A stretch of 64,000 bases of DNA, taken from Leidyana gryllorum EB-2025a (taxonomy: Eukaryota > Protista > Apicomplexa). This document shows positions 53,402 to 64,000 of this stretch, in pieces (positions within the stretch are counted from its first letter, which is position 1; every line of letters begins with the position of its first letter). The notes beneath the pieces were generated by a model that was given only the letters and a program-made list of their open reading frames with translations, was not told where the DNA came from and searched no databases. Position numbers and translations under genes: made by a program. Location of the stretch: positions 1 through 64,000 of the forward strand of contig JBLWGC010000042.1 in assembly GCA_048772705.1 (NCBI GenBank), read 5' to 3'.

Positions 53402-56400
53402 GCACCTTGCTGGTATTTGCGAAGATAGTCAAAGAGCACGCTTTCTTCAGGTGCATACTTCTGCAGTTGTTGTGGAGTGTCAATCACCACCAACTCGGTC
53501 AGTTTGTGACCTGTTGGAGTATCTGTGACTGTTGTATAGCTGACCACGTCCGGCCACTGCGGCTGTCTGAAAACGACCGATTTCACTCCGATCAAAGCGA
53601 GACAGTCGTCCATGGCCAAACTACTCGCCTTATATCCCTTTCGCAGTTTCTTTAGCTCCTTTTTCGGCATCGAGCTATTCCCCGCCCCAGCGGAGTCGCT
53701 CAGCACCCGCCATCTCACAGCTACCTGATCGCATAATCCAATCGAAATGAGACGCCGGGTAACTTGTCTCTGTGGTGTCAAAAACGGGAGTGATGAGACG
53801 GCATCGCTGGTTTTCACTTACCGCTATTGGATTGGGCTTTGACAGTTTGGTAAAGTTGCCAATTATTGCCTGGAAGTCGTTGGTATTCAGCTGATAGGGC
53901 TTCCCTCCTAACATCTTCCGTTCCAGTTCCGATCGTTCGCCCTCTGTGAGACAATGAGTCAAAGCCATTTTCATCACGCCGTGTGCTGTTAGAACGGCTT
54001 CCTTGAGCTTCAGATAGTTGAATTTGAAGCGTTTACACTCATCCTCTCGGTCGGCCTCCGACTTGAGCTGGCAAAAGTACCACAGGATTGACAGATAAAA
54101 GTCAGCATCGTCAACGGGTACCCAAGTCTTCTTGGTGAAGCGATCCATGACTGACGGGTCTGCCTCGTCTTCGAACCATTCCGGGACCGCCTCACTTCCC
54201 ATTTCCAGCCCAGCCGCGGCGATGGCTGTGAATGGAAGTATCAGAAACTGTTTGGCTTGTCTGCCGAAGTGGATAGATTTCGCCACAGATCTCCCAAATC
54301 GAGGATGTAGTGGGAACTTGGCTGCAGCCACTCCGTCATTGGTGAGTTGCAGTTTTCGTTCACTCATCGAGTTCGACACGGCCAGTGTGGTTGGCCGGTG
54401 AGAGTCAGCAACGATCAGTTGCAGAGTTTCGAGTCGTTTAAGAGCCGCCTCGATATCCATTTGGCGAGGAGCCGACGGGAAAGGAAACATTCTGGGGTTA
54501 GGAAGTCCAATGTTCACCAGATAGAGCATAACTCTATCAAGAGGAGCCGTCTCCATCTCCACAGGAGGGTACTCGCTGAATTCGTGCTCGAAGACAGCAG
54601 AGCTATATAGTCTATAACAGTGTCCGGGACCAACACGTCCCGCACGTCCCGCTCTCTGCCCCGCGTTGGCTTTGGAGATTGCAGCAATCTGAAAGGTGGA
54701 GCTGACCCCACCCCGATGGTAGACTTTGCGCTTCTCAAAGCCTGGGTCCACCACGTAGCGGACGTTGGGTAAAGTAATCGATGTCTCGGCAACATTTGTG
54801 GCCAATATAACAATCCTCTCATCAGTCTCGGGAGGCTTGAAAGCCAACTCTTGTTTTTCTCTCGTTGCGTTGGCATATAGCGTCCGGATAACCAGTTTGC
54901 CCTCACCAAATCCGCTGCCCTTCCATTCCTCAGTCATCTGGTTCTCCTTCCCCAAAACAACGTTGGGGTCGAGTTCTTCCGACTCACTATCCGGTTCGGT
55001 CGTTTCAGTGCCGTTGAGATCAAAGTTGTCTTTATTACCCTCCGTCTCTTCGTCGTCTTCCGACGAGGCAGAGTCATCGTCGTCTATGTAGGCCGAGACG
55101 TCCTCTTCCGCAGCCTGAAGGTCCATGTTTTCCACGGCCTCCTCGTCGGCGTCCTCGAGATCACAGACCCTGTTCACATAGCCCGGCTTCCCTCTCGCTC
55201 CGGGACCTCGGCGACCTCGTAACTCATCTTGCAGTTGCAGAATTTCCCTTTTGCCGGTCAGGAAGACCAATACGGAGCCTGGAGGCAGCTTCCTGTGGAT
55301 CTGCAGGACCCGTTTTCGCGCGTCGTCGAGATAATTCTCAGGCGTTTTCTTGTTGAAATGGCACTGAACTTTGTGAGTTCGGGCCTCGATATGATGCGTG
55401 GCGGGCAACTGAGCGAACAGACTTCTGTTCGACATAAAGTCACACAGTCTCATGGTAGCAGACATGAGAACGAGTTTGAGGGGTGGCAACTTCAAGGTGC
55501 CTTCGTCCCACAGACGCTGTCGTTGGAGCACAATGCGTGACAGAATTCCCAAAAGGAGATCACAATTGATCGACCTCTCGTGTACTTCATCTATGACAAT
55601 GACAGAATACTTTGTCAGGAGCATATCTTCCTCCAGAAGCTTCACCAGAATACCGTCTGTCATAACATGGATTCTTGGATCTCCTCCTCCGCCTTCCAAC
55701 TCGCCACGGAATTGATGGCACACATACTGTCCATGCTCGGACCCCAACTCCTCTCGTAGTCGTCGAGCCACCGCCAGAGTGGCCACTCGCCGGGGCTGTG
55801 TGACGGCAATCCGAGATCGTGTAATCACTCGATCTCTGGACACTGTTATGGCGGGGTCGTGTTTCATACTGAACCCAGCTTCGTAAAGAAACTGGGGGAC
55901 TTGCGTACTTTTACCACATCCAGTATCACCAGTGATAAGCGTTACGTTATTATATAGTACTTTGTCCACCACCTCCTGTTCCATCAAACAGGCTGGCAAC
56001 TTGAGACGTACTTTTTCCACCTCCTTGGTTCTCATGACCACTTGCCGATCCAGGGCTTTGAACCACCCCGGTAGTGCTGATGAGCCGGCCGATGGCGGTG
56101 GAGGTGTGAGTTGTGGTTCAGCGTCAGTCCCAGCTCGTGAGGCCGAGCCGTCATTTATGGTACTGGGGGTCGTAGCCGACGTCAGAGCGCCGCCAGCAGC
56201 CGGGGATGTTTGAGAGGCACGTGCTAACAGATCTTTTCGGGACGCACGCAGAATAGCGGCATCCTGAACTTCAATCTCGGCTGCCTTGGCAACCTTGTCA
56301 TCATATTTAGATCGCAAGGATTGTGCTTTCTGGACCAAATGCGGAGGTATTGGGACCTTAAGCTCTTCCAATTGTTCGTAAGCGGCCACAAAGCGTTTCG

Positions 56401-56704
56401 CACTGAGGCGAGGGTCGCTGAGGTGCTGGAGTAAATTTAGTTTTCTCGCTTGGTCTGCATCCAACTTGTGAGCCCGCAGCAGAGGTTGCACCCGGGTCTC
56501 TTGCTCCTTGAGCTTATTCTTTCTTTCTAACTGTGCAATCTTCTTTCTAGCTCGCTTCGTCAAGACGGGTTGTTCAGATTTCACATCTGTTGTTGGGCGC
56601 TTCTTGGAACGGCAAGGAAGAATAAAGTCCGCAGGGAGCGGTTGGGAGGTCGAAGAGTTGTTTGGATCGAATTCAATGAGGTCGATGAGCTGTGGTGAGC
56701 TCAT
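53398..56704 (-). CDS. DHX37: DEAH-box RNA helicase DHX37/Dhr1 (small-subunit processome)
   Basis: [74 protein letters not shown]; intron ~53773-53821. Confidence 0.9.
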
Positions 56705-56812
56705 CTGGCCTGAACTGTGAAGCAGGACTCACACGACGATTTATTTCGCTGCTCGGGCTACCGTTCAAAAAAAAGGCGGCCAGCCCACTAATTGTTGTTT
56801 CCCCTCCACCTC

Positions 56813-59456
56813 TCAAGCGTACATCCCAGGCGTCTTGCGAACGCGGAAGAAATCAGTATAATCGTTCGGTGCAATCACGTCATAACAGATGACTGGGAAG
56901 TTCTTGTAGGAAGTAGAGTAACCTGGCAACATTTTCAGTCCAGTCCCTTTGTCCGGCACTCTCAGGTCTTCGACGTCAAAGTACATCTTACGCACGTTGT
57001 AGCTCGTGTCTTTCTGCCCCTCTTTCTTGTTCGAGGGACGGATAGGAGGTACATCCTCATCAAAACCGTCCGTGAACATCGTGATCTGATCCTCAGCCAG
57101 AGGAGCTAACCGGGTAGCCGAAGCACTCTGACGGTGACCAGTCGAAAGGCTCTGTTTCTTGCTGCTCATCCGCGAGCCGCGACCTCCAACACTGGCGCTC
57201 TTCGACCTCGAGCTCTCTCGAGAGTCCAGCACGCTCTCTTGCCGCTGTCCCATGTGCGCATTGCGAGGCACCTGGCGTGCCTGGGGAGGAGGGGGTCGCC
57301 GGGCACTGCTCGACATGGATGAGCTGCTGGTTTCACCCGAACCCGAGCTCGATGTGTAGGTGCTGCTGCTGGAAATGGTCTCTTTGCGACGATCCCCAGT
57401 GCGGCAGACACCACATACGTGACCGCGAGCACGTTTCGGAGAGGTCAAAGAGGAGCTGACCTTAGAGCTTTGCAGACTCTTGTTGCGCACATCGATCTCA
57501 TTGGTGGTCTGAGTGTCAGTGTAAGTCTCTGTGGTCACGCTGGACGAAGTGTACGAGCTCGTCGAGGTGATGGTAGAGCCGCCTCGGCGTTGTACTCCAC
57601 AGCAAGCGCGCGACTTGCGCACCGGCATGCTGGAATTCAAACTCGAACTCTCAGCCACAGACGCCCGGGGAGGATAGCTGGGAGGTACCTCAGCACCAGC
57701 CACAAACCGAGCGGGGTTCTGAGCGTGATATCGGATAGAAGACTCGCTCGTCTCATCAGTGCTGCCAGACTCGTGGGACAAAGTCACCACTTGGACATAT
57801 TGGTTGGGAGCCGTCGCATCGTACTTGATCTCATAGGTCCCTTGGGAGGCAGTACCGTAAACAGATCCTCCGTCTGCCGTGATCACCTTCTTGGTCCCGC
57901 AGCAGCCAAGCTGCTCTTGATGGGGCTGCAGAGACACATAGTGGGTGCTGGACATCGAGCCGGTCCCGTTCGCAGTGTTCAAACGCGACTCAGCCACAGC
58001 CTGAAGGTCGATCGGATGCTGCGGGCCGAGAGACTCCACAGCTGCCGCAGGAACGGGAGTCTGGCGAGAAGCCGATCGAGTGCTGCCACCCTGCACTACG
58101 GACTCGCCAATGTCTCGAGGCTGTACAGTCGGGAGGCGAGCGTCTTCCATAGATCCTTCGGATTCAGTATAGTCTGTAGAGCGATCGTCTGGCTGTGAAA
58201 CCTTCCTCCTCGGGGCAATCGCGCCCTTAGGCAAGACGTGTTTGCCTGTTTTCGGGTCGCGCTTCACCTCCTTCTCTTTACCCAGGTCGTTGTCCAACAG
58301 AATATTGTTGGGCGCCGTCTCATCAAAATAGAATATTGTGAAGGGCGAAGTGAAGGAGTCTTTGCCACCCGCCGAGGCATTGAAGTTCTTATGCTTTGCC
58401 AGAATGTGATCAGGGCACTCGGTAGGTCCCGCACGCACTGCCATCAGATACTTGTCCTTATACTCCCACGGAGTTGAGTCACATGCAGATGCAGCGGCTT
58501 CGCTTGAGTTATCCACAGAAAAACCTCTCGGACGGAACTGCAACCCGCCAGTCTGATCTGGTACTGGAACGGTAACCCAAGCATTCGGTGAATCCTTCTT
58601 TGTTTGTCCGAATGTTCCGGGCTTTACCACCATTGACTCCTCGACTTCTTGGCCAACTTTTGATTGGCGCTTAGGTTTTGGTGGTGGCAACAATTTGGAA
58701 GTGGGCAGGGCGGGTTGCTGCGTTTTGGGCAACTCGACGGAAGGGATGGGGCCCACAGGATTGGCGGCATGGCTGGTGTGCTGCGCAAACAGATTGAACT
58801 CAGGAGACATGAAAGCCAACAGCACGACGATCATTGCAGCATAGACAAACGACGGACAAAAGCTCTACCCCATACCATTGATCAACGTGACTTGCCAAGA
58901 AACAACACACACGTATATCAAATTGGTGCTGTACTTCACATGACGGGTGTAAAGAAGACTTACATGTACGGGATCATGAGCCAAGGGGGAAGAAGCCCCC
59001 AGGCTCGCCCCACCATGTGAGGGAAGGGCATTTTGGTCGTAAGCAGGTGGTGCTTGCATGAAGATGGATGAAGTGAGGTTAGGTTGTTGAGAAACATTTT
59101 GCAGTGTTGGCAAGCGAGCTTGCTGGCCGAGCGAAGTATATGTCGGCGGCTCAACACGCGACTCGACCCGAGACGCTAATGCATGAGTATGCGATTTATT
59201 GGCATATGGCGCGAGTGCTGACGCGGCCAGGGGAGTCTGTGGAATAAGCGGTTTGAGAGGGCAGAAGTGGATTGTTTGTCACCTGCACAAGTGTTGGGAC
59301 CCCTCCCGTCGCAGTGGATGGCATTTGGGCACTGACCACCCATCGCGGTGGTTGGTGTGTCGGTTGAGGTTGTGATTGCGAGGTTGAGGTGACTGATTCG
59401 GAGCTGGTAAGATTACTTGACGAGTCCTCTGGCTGGTAATTGGGAGGGTTAATCAT
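56813..59456 (-). CDS. Large Ser/Thr-rich low-complexity protein with a probable TM segment; 5' exon structure uncertain
   Basis: 673-aa ORF 56813-58834 starting in a hydrophobic stretch; upstream short ORFs and a GTAAGT donor near 58963 suggest more exons up to ATG 59456. Confidence 0.5.
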
Positions 59457-59531
59457 CCTTGGGCCTGATAGAATTCCAGATCACTCGACGTTTTTGGCGT
59501 TTTCGACTGCTAAGAGTCCCATTCTGCACAC

Positions 59532-61036
59532 ATGGCGACGTCAGTGGACCTTGTGATCCAGTGGCGGGCCTTCCTGGGAGGGAAAGCGGAGCAAATAGCA
59601 CATCTACAGGGTCTATATGGGTCAATAGCCGCGGGATTGACGGCACCGACAGGTACTGTTGTCTTTTGAGTGTTCCAATAACGCTGCAGTCAGTCACTTG
59701 GACGGTTTAGACCTACGGCAAGTGGCAGTGAATGATATTCCGCGACTGGCGGCCAGTTTGGTGGTACGAATTCACGACCTTTTGGAATTGGAGCATCAAG
59801 ATGGTTTGAGCTCATATACTGCATTACTACATACAGTCAAGTTTCCCATGCCGGAGATGACCAAGAACATGCTATGCGTTTGTTTGTTGACGAGGGCTCC
59901 GGCATTGACTCAATGGTTGTCTATGGCTGCTGAGTTGGCCTTATCAGCGGTCGAGACCAATGCAAATCTCGACATAATGGCCCATCGAATATTAAGCGGG
60001 ATTTGGATGTTCATTTCCCACATTCTCATCAATGCTTATTCAGTAGATACTCGTATGGTTCTCTGCGAGTCAAGCGGTTTGTGTCAGGTCTTCGCTTCCG
60101 CGGCCATCCGTCCTCGGCTGCAGCTGGATCCGGACTATGACTGCGAGGTCCAGCTAGCCGTGGTGGTGGACGCTTTGGGGCCATCGAGCTTTTGGTCTAC
60201 CTCTCTGCAGGTCTCAGAATGGCGCGATGTAGTATTAACAAAGATGGCGGTGCTCCTCGACTACCACAAAAGATCGCCCTCTTCGAGCAAAATGGAACCA
60301 ATGTTACTGGGGTTACGTACCGTCACCCATCTCTGCTTGACTTCCGAAGTGTTCGCACACCACCTAGCTGCCAACGCCTCTCTCATACAGAGACTGCTCC
60401 ATCTGGTCTTCTCCATTGCCGAGTCGCCTGACTGCGAGTGGGCTTATCACAATCTCGTTTGGCTCAAGTCCGTAGATAACAATGGAGACATGCAACGTCC
60501 GTATTTCATCGAAGATGAAGAGGCCGTCCCAGTTAATTTTACCATAATGACTTCCAGCCAATGCCTCACGGCTTTACACTTTGCTGCAAGAAGCTCAATC
60601 GGAGCAGACATGATAAGGCAGGATGGAGCCCGAGCCTTGAAGAGCATCCGTCGCCTTGTTGAACTCCATGGAGATGAATTACTGCACAAGTTTAACCTGT
60701 GGCCAATGGTTGTGGGCTTGATGCCCGCCTGTGCATTCGGCGAGACTACTAGTCCGGTCGACGCCATCCCTTCCAAAGTCAGAAGGTACGTACAGCTGCA
60801 CAGTCCACTCACAGTAATCTGGTTCCAGCTTCAAGCACTACAGCATGATGCTCCGCTGTAATTACTGCTCGCGGATCGCTGTGGGATCACGCCAGCTCAA
60901 GATTTGTGGAGAGTGCCACCTGGTGCGCTATTGTGGTCGGGAGTGTCAACAACAGGATTGGCAGGCAACCCACAGCGTCCTGTGCCGTCATTTCGCGTCT
61001 GGCGGGGGCTCAACTAACCTTAAGGTGCCGGCCTAG
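59532..61036 (+). CDS. Helical-repeat protein with a C-terminal MYND zinc finger
   Basis: ATG 59532, introns ~59653-59688 and ~60786-60828; CNYC..CGECHLVRYCGRECQQQDWQATHSVLC is a MYND finger. Confidence 0.8.
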
Positions 61037-61497
61037 TCCAAAGCCTGTGGGCCAGCAACCGCACTGTGCTGCTCTGTACTGATCATATACATTTGAGAAA
61101 CAAACAGATTGTCAATGAAAAGCACCCTGTGGTCGAGAGAAGGCCAAATGAGAGATGCGACGGTGGATCGGGTACTAAGAGAGAGACATTGAGTGGTCCT
61201 TCGCCACAGGCTGACTGGCGCTCTCTGATCAAAAGGAATAACTACCTTTCGGCAAACTTTGTAGAGAGAGACATAGGGTTCGCTAGCTCTAGCACGACCA
61301 AATACGACAACTGGGCACCTGAGAGACTTCTGCAGGGACCTACTCGAGATGAGATCAGCATTTCAGGTTCTCAGCGCAATTTCAATTCAGTTTATGAGAC
61401 TCACAGAGGGCTACTGAAGGCAAGTACTTAAACCTGGACACTCAGCAACCCAGAAGGGAGGCGATAGAGGGAAACACTTGGGATCGGACTTTAACAT

Positions 61498-62389
61498 TTA
61501 AGCATTCGGGTTGCGCTCGACTTCGTCGTAGCGCTCCCTGGCTGCAGCCACGGCGTTCATTACTGCAGAGAGACGATATGAATGCCACATCAAGACTTCG
61601 TCGCTTACCAGTGCCCGGGAAGGCTTTTTCTTGAAGACGTTGGACACCGGCGATAGTCACACCGCCTGGAGAGCAGACATTGTGACGGAGTTCACCGACG
61701 TGCTTTCCACTCTCTTGGGCCATTTTGCACGAGCCATAGACCAGTTGGGCAGCCATCTCGTTGGCCACATCGCGGGGAAGGCCCCCGACGACGGCTGCGT
61801 CAGCGATGGCTTCGAGGAACATGAAGACGTAGGCGGGTCCCGCACCAGTGCAGGCAGTCCAGATGTTCATGCGGTTCTCGGGAATGATCCAGGATTTGCC
61901 AACAGCGTTCATCAAAGTCTTAGCCAACTCGAGATCTTCTTTAGAGACGTCCGGGAGGGCGCAGAGAGCGGTCGATCCCTCCGAATAGAGAGCGGGGATG
62001 TTGGGCATGATACGAATCATGCGAGTAGTGCCCATGTCGAAGCTCTTCAGCCTGTCCAGGTTGAACCCACTGACCATCGAGATGATCATTTTCCCGTTGA
62101 GGGTCACTCCAGCCTTCTTGAGGTCCTCCAGCAGAGCGTCTAAGAGGAACGGCTTCACGGCGAGGAAGATAATCTCAGAATGCTTTATGGCCTCAACGTT
62201 GTCCTTAGTAGTGTTAACTTTATACTCAGAGATCCAGTCGATAGTCTCGAATTTAGTGTAGGGGTCAGCAGCCCAAGCGTTGCCAGGCTTGATGACACCC
62301 TTCTTCATCATGCCGCCAAGTAGAGCCTGACCCATCATGCCGAGGCCGATGAAGCCAACGGTCTGAGTGATAGCCTCCACAGTGCTCAT
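61498..62389 (-). CDS. proC: Pyrroline-5-carboxylate reductase, copy 1
   Basis: VGFIGLGMMGQA, IFLAVKP, IRIMPN, GAGPAYVFMFLEAIADA, NVCSPGGVTIAG; one intron near the 3' end (~61563-61608). Confidence 0.96.
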
Positions 62390-62460
62390 GATGATCGAGT
62401 TGAAGAGATGGAAGTAGGAAGAGAGGAGTGCTGTAAGATGATTTGCACTACCAGGGTTCA

Positions 62461-62580
62461 GGAAACGGCGATTGCACACCGGAGACGGCGATCGCACACC
62501 GGAGACGGCGATTGCACACCGGAGACGGCGATCGCACACCGGAGACGGCGATTGCACACCGGAGACGGCAACTTCACACT
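62461..62580. repeat. 20-bp minisatellite, 6 units, with alternating T/C variants (40-bp higher-order period)
   Basis: GGAGACGGCGAT[T/C]GCACACC at 62461, 62481, 62501, 62521, 62541 and a degenerate unit at 62561. Confidence 0.95.
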
Positions 62581-62774
62581 GAACACAACAGTTTGACTCT
62601 GATACGGAGATCAGTTCCGATTGTTCCGAGAGCCAATTGGGCAGAAGAGGAATTGAGATATCAGTTCTTTAGTTCATGTGACTTTAGACGGGTTGCTGGA
62701 GCCAAGTTCTTAAACCTGGACATTCAGCACCCCTTCACACAACAAAAAGGGAAATTAGAATTAGGAGACGACAT

Positions 62775-63666
62775 TTAAGCATTCGGGTTGCGCTCGACTT
62801 CGTCGTAGCGCTCCCTGGCTGCAGCCACGGCGTTCATTACTGCAGAGAGACGATATGAATGCCACATCAAGACTTCGTCGCTTACCAGTGCCCGGGAAGG
62901 CTTTCTCTTGAAGACGTTGGACACCGGCGATAGTGACCCCGCCTGGAGAGCAGACATTATGACGGAGTTCACCGACGTGCTTTCCACTCTCTTGGGCCAT
63001 TTTGCACGAGCCATAGACCAGTTGGGCAGCCATCTCGTTGGCCACATCGCGGGGAAGGCCCCCGACGACGGCTGCGTCAGCGATGGCTTCGAGGAACATG
63101 AAGACATAGGCGGGTCCCGCACCAGTGCAGGCAGTCCAGATGTTCATGCGGTTCTCGGGGATGATCCAGGACTTGCCAACAGCGTTCATCAAAGTCTTAG
63201 CCAACTCGAGATCTTCTTTAGAGACGTCCGGGAGGGCGCAGAGAGCGGTCGATCCCTCCGAATAGAGAGCGGGGATGTTGGGCATGATACGAATCATGCG
63301 AGTAGTGCCCATGTCGAAGCTTTTCAGCCTGTCCAGGTTGAACCCACTGACCATCGAGATGATCATTTTCCCGTTGAGGGTCACTCCAGCCTTCTTGAGG
63401 TCCTCCAGCAGAGCGTCTAAGAGGAACGGCTTCACGGCGAGGAAGATAATCTCAGAATGCTTTATGGCCTCAACGTTGTCCTTAGTAGTGTTAACTTTAT
63501 ACTCAGAGATCCAGTCGATAGTCTCGAATTTAGTGTAGGGGTCAGCAGCCCAAGCGTTGCCAGGCTTGATGACACCCTTCTTCATCATGCCGCCGAGTAG
63601 AGCCTGACCCATCATGCCGAGGCCGATGAAGCCAACGGTCTGAGTGATAGCCTCCACAGTGCTCAT
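62775..63666 (-). CDS. proC: Pyrroline-5-carboxylate reductase, copy 2 (tandem duplicate, same protein)
   Basis: Near-identical to copy 1 at an offset of 1277 nt, with the same intron. Confidence 0.96.
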
Positions 63667-64000
63667 GATGATGGATGTGTCACGGACAAAAGCTGAGCTA
63701 ATAAAGTACGGACTGTTGCAATATGTTTGATGGTGAATAAGAGAGACCTATTCCGCACACAAAAATCGATTCACAGATCTCTCGTCCCACAAACGGTCTG
63801 TTTCAGCACATGAAGCAGTGCGAGATATTGGATGATCGGTTGGTCTAAGGCGAGTGACTCTCTCTGGTGGGTGCATATGTGCGAGGTACTATGAGTTTTG
63901 ATCATGCCATAAAACGAACTGTTCACTGGCGAGAAGAGCAATAGGGGTGTCCCAGAGGGAGTCGTTGGTCGTTAACCGTTTGGAGGAACAGCAGCGAACA

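Noticed and set aside
61066-61431. 121-aa ORF downstream of the MYND gene
   Set aside because: GTG start and no motifs; it overlaps the diverged P5CR 3' flank, so it is probably non-coding.
61442-62557. N-terminally extended P5CR (371 aa) in the ORF track
   Set aside because: The extension is translated minisatellite from a GTG. Homology with copy 2 starts at ATG 62389, and the odd C-terminus is an unspliced intron.
62461-62580. CRISPR-like direct repeats
   Set aside because: Units are contiguous with no unique spacers, there are no cas genes, and the context is eukaryotic. It is a minisatellite.

Overview
Eukaryotic nuclear DNA from an extremely gene-dense protist genome. It uses the standard code and has many short GT-AG introns (mostly ~36-60 nt) and intergenic gaps often <100 nt. 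An apicomplexan/gregarine-like alveolate is my inference, not something the sequence proves. The ORF track is fragmented by introns, so I rebuilt about 37 gene models by eye; boundaries are approximate. Recognisable genes: DBP2/DDX5-type DEAD-box helicase, METTL1/TRM8, an ABCG half-transporter, FUN14, GET1/WRB, RPS5, PPIL2, RPL36, RPL44, a DegT-like PLP enzyme, V-ATPase c'', long-chain acyl-CoA synthetase, SLC35F6-like transporter, NUDT2, a 2xRRM protein, an APE1L-type AP endonuclease, CCDC124, diacylglycerol kinase, eIF2-gamma, DHX37, a MYND-finger protein and two tandem P5CR copies. The most unusual items appear only after splicing: (1) a divergent Hsp70 ATPase fused in frame to a degenerate medium-chain dehydrogenase fold; (2) a Kelch-propeller-Rab GTPase fusion; (3) a DEAD-box helicase with ~17 GWG (Argonaute-hook-like) repeats; (4) an ABCG with a ~325-aa extracellular insertion. 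Also notable: probable pseudoenzymes, head-to-head start codons 17-75 nt apart, overlapping convergent stop codons, two outlier long introns, and a gene-converted P5CR pair separated by an alternating 20-bp minisatellite. No tRNA, rRNA, CRISPR array or transposon was recognised.
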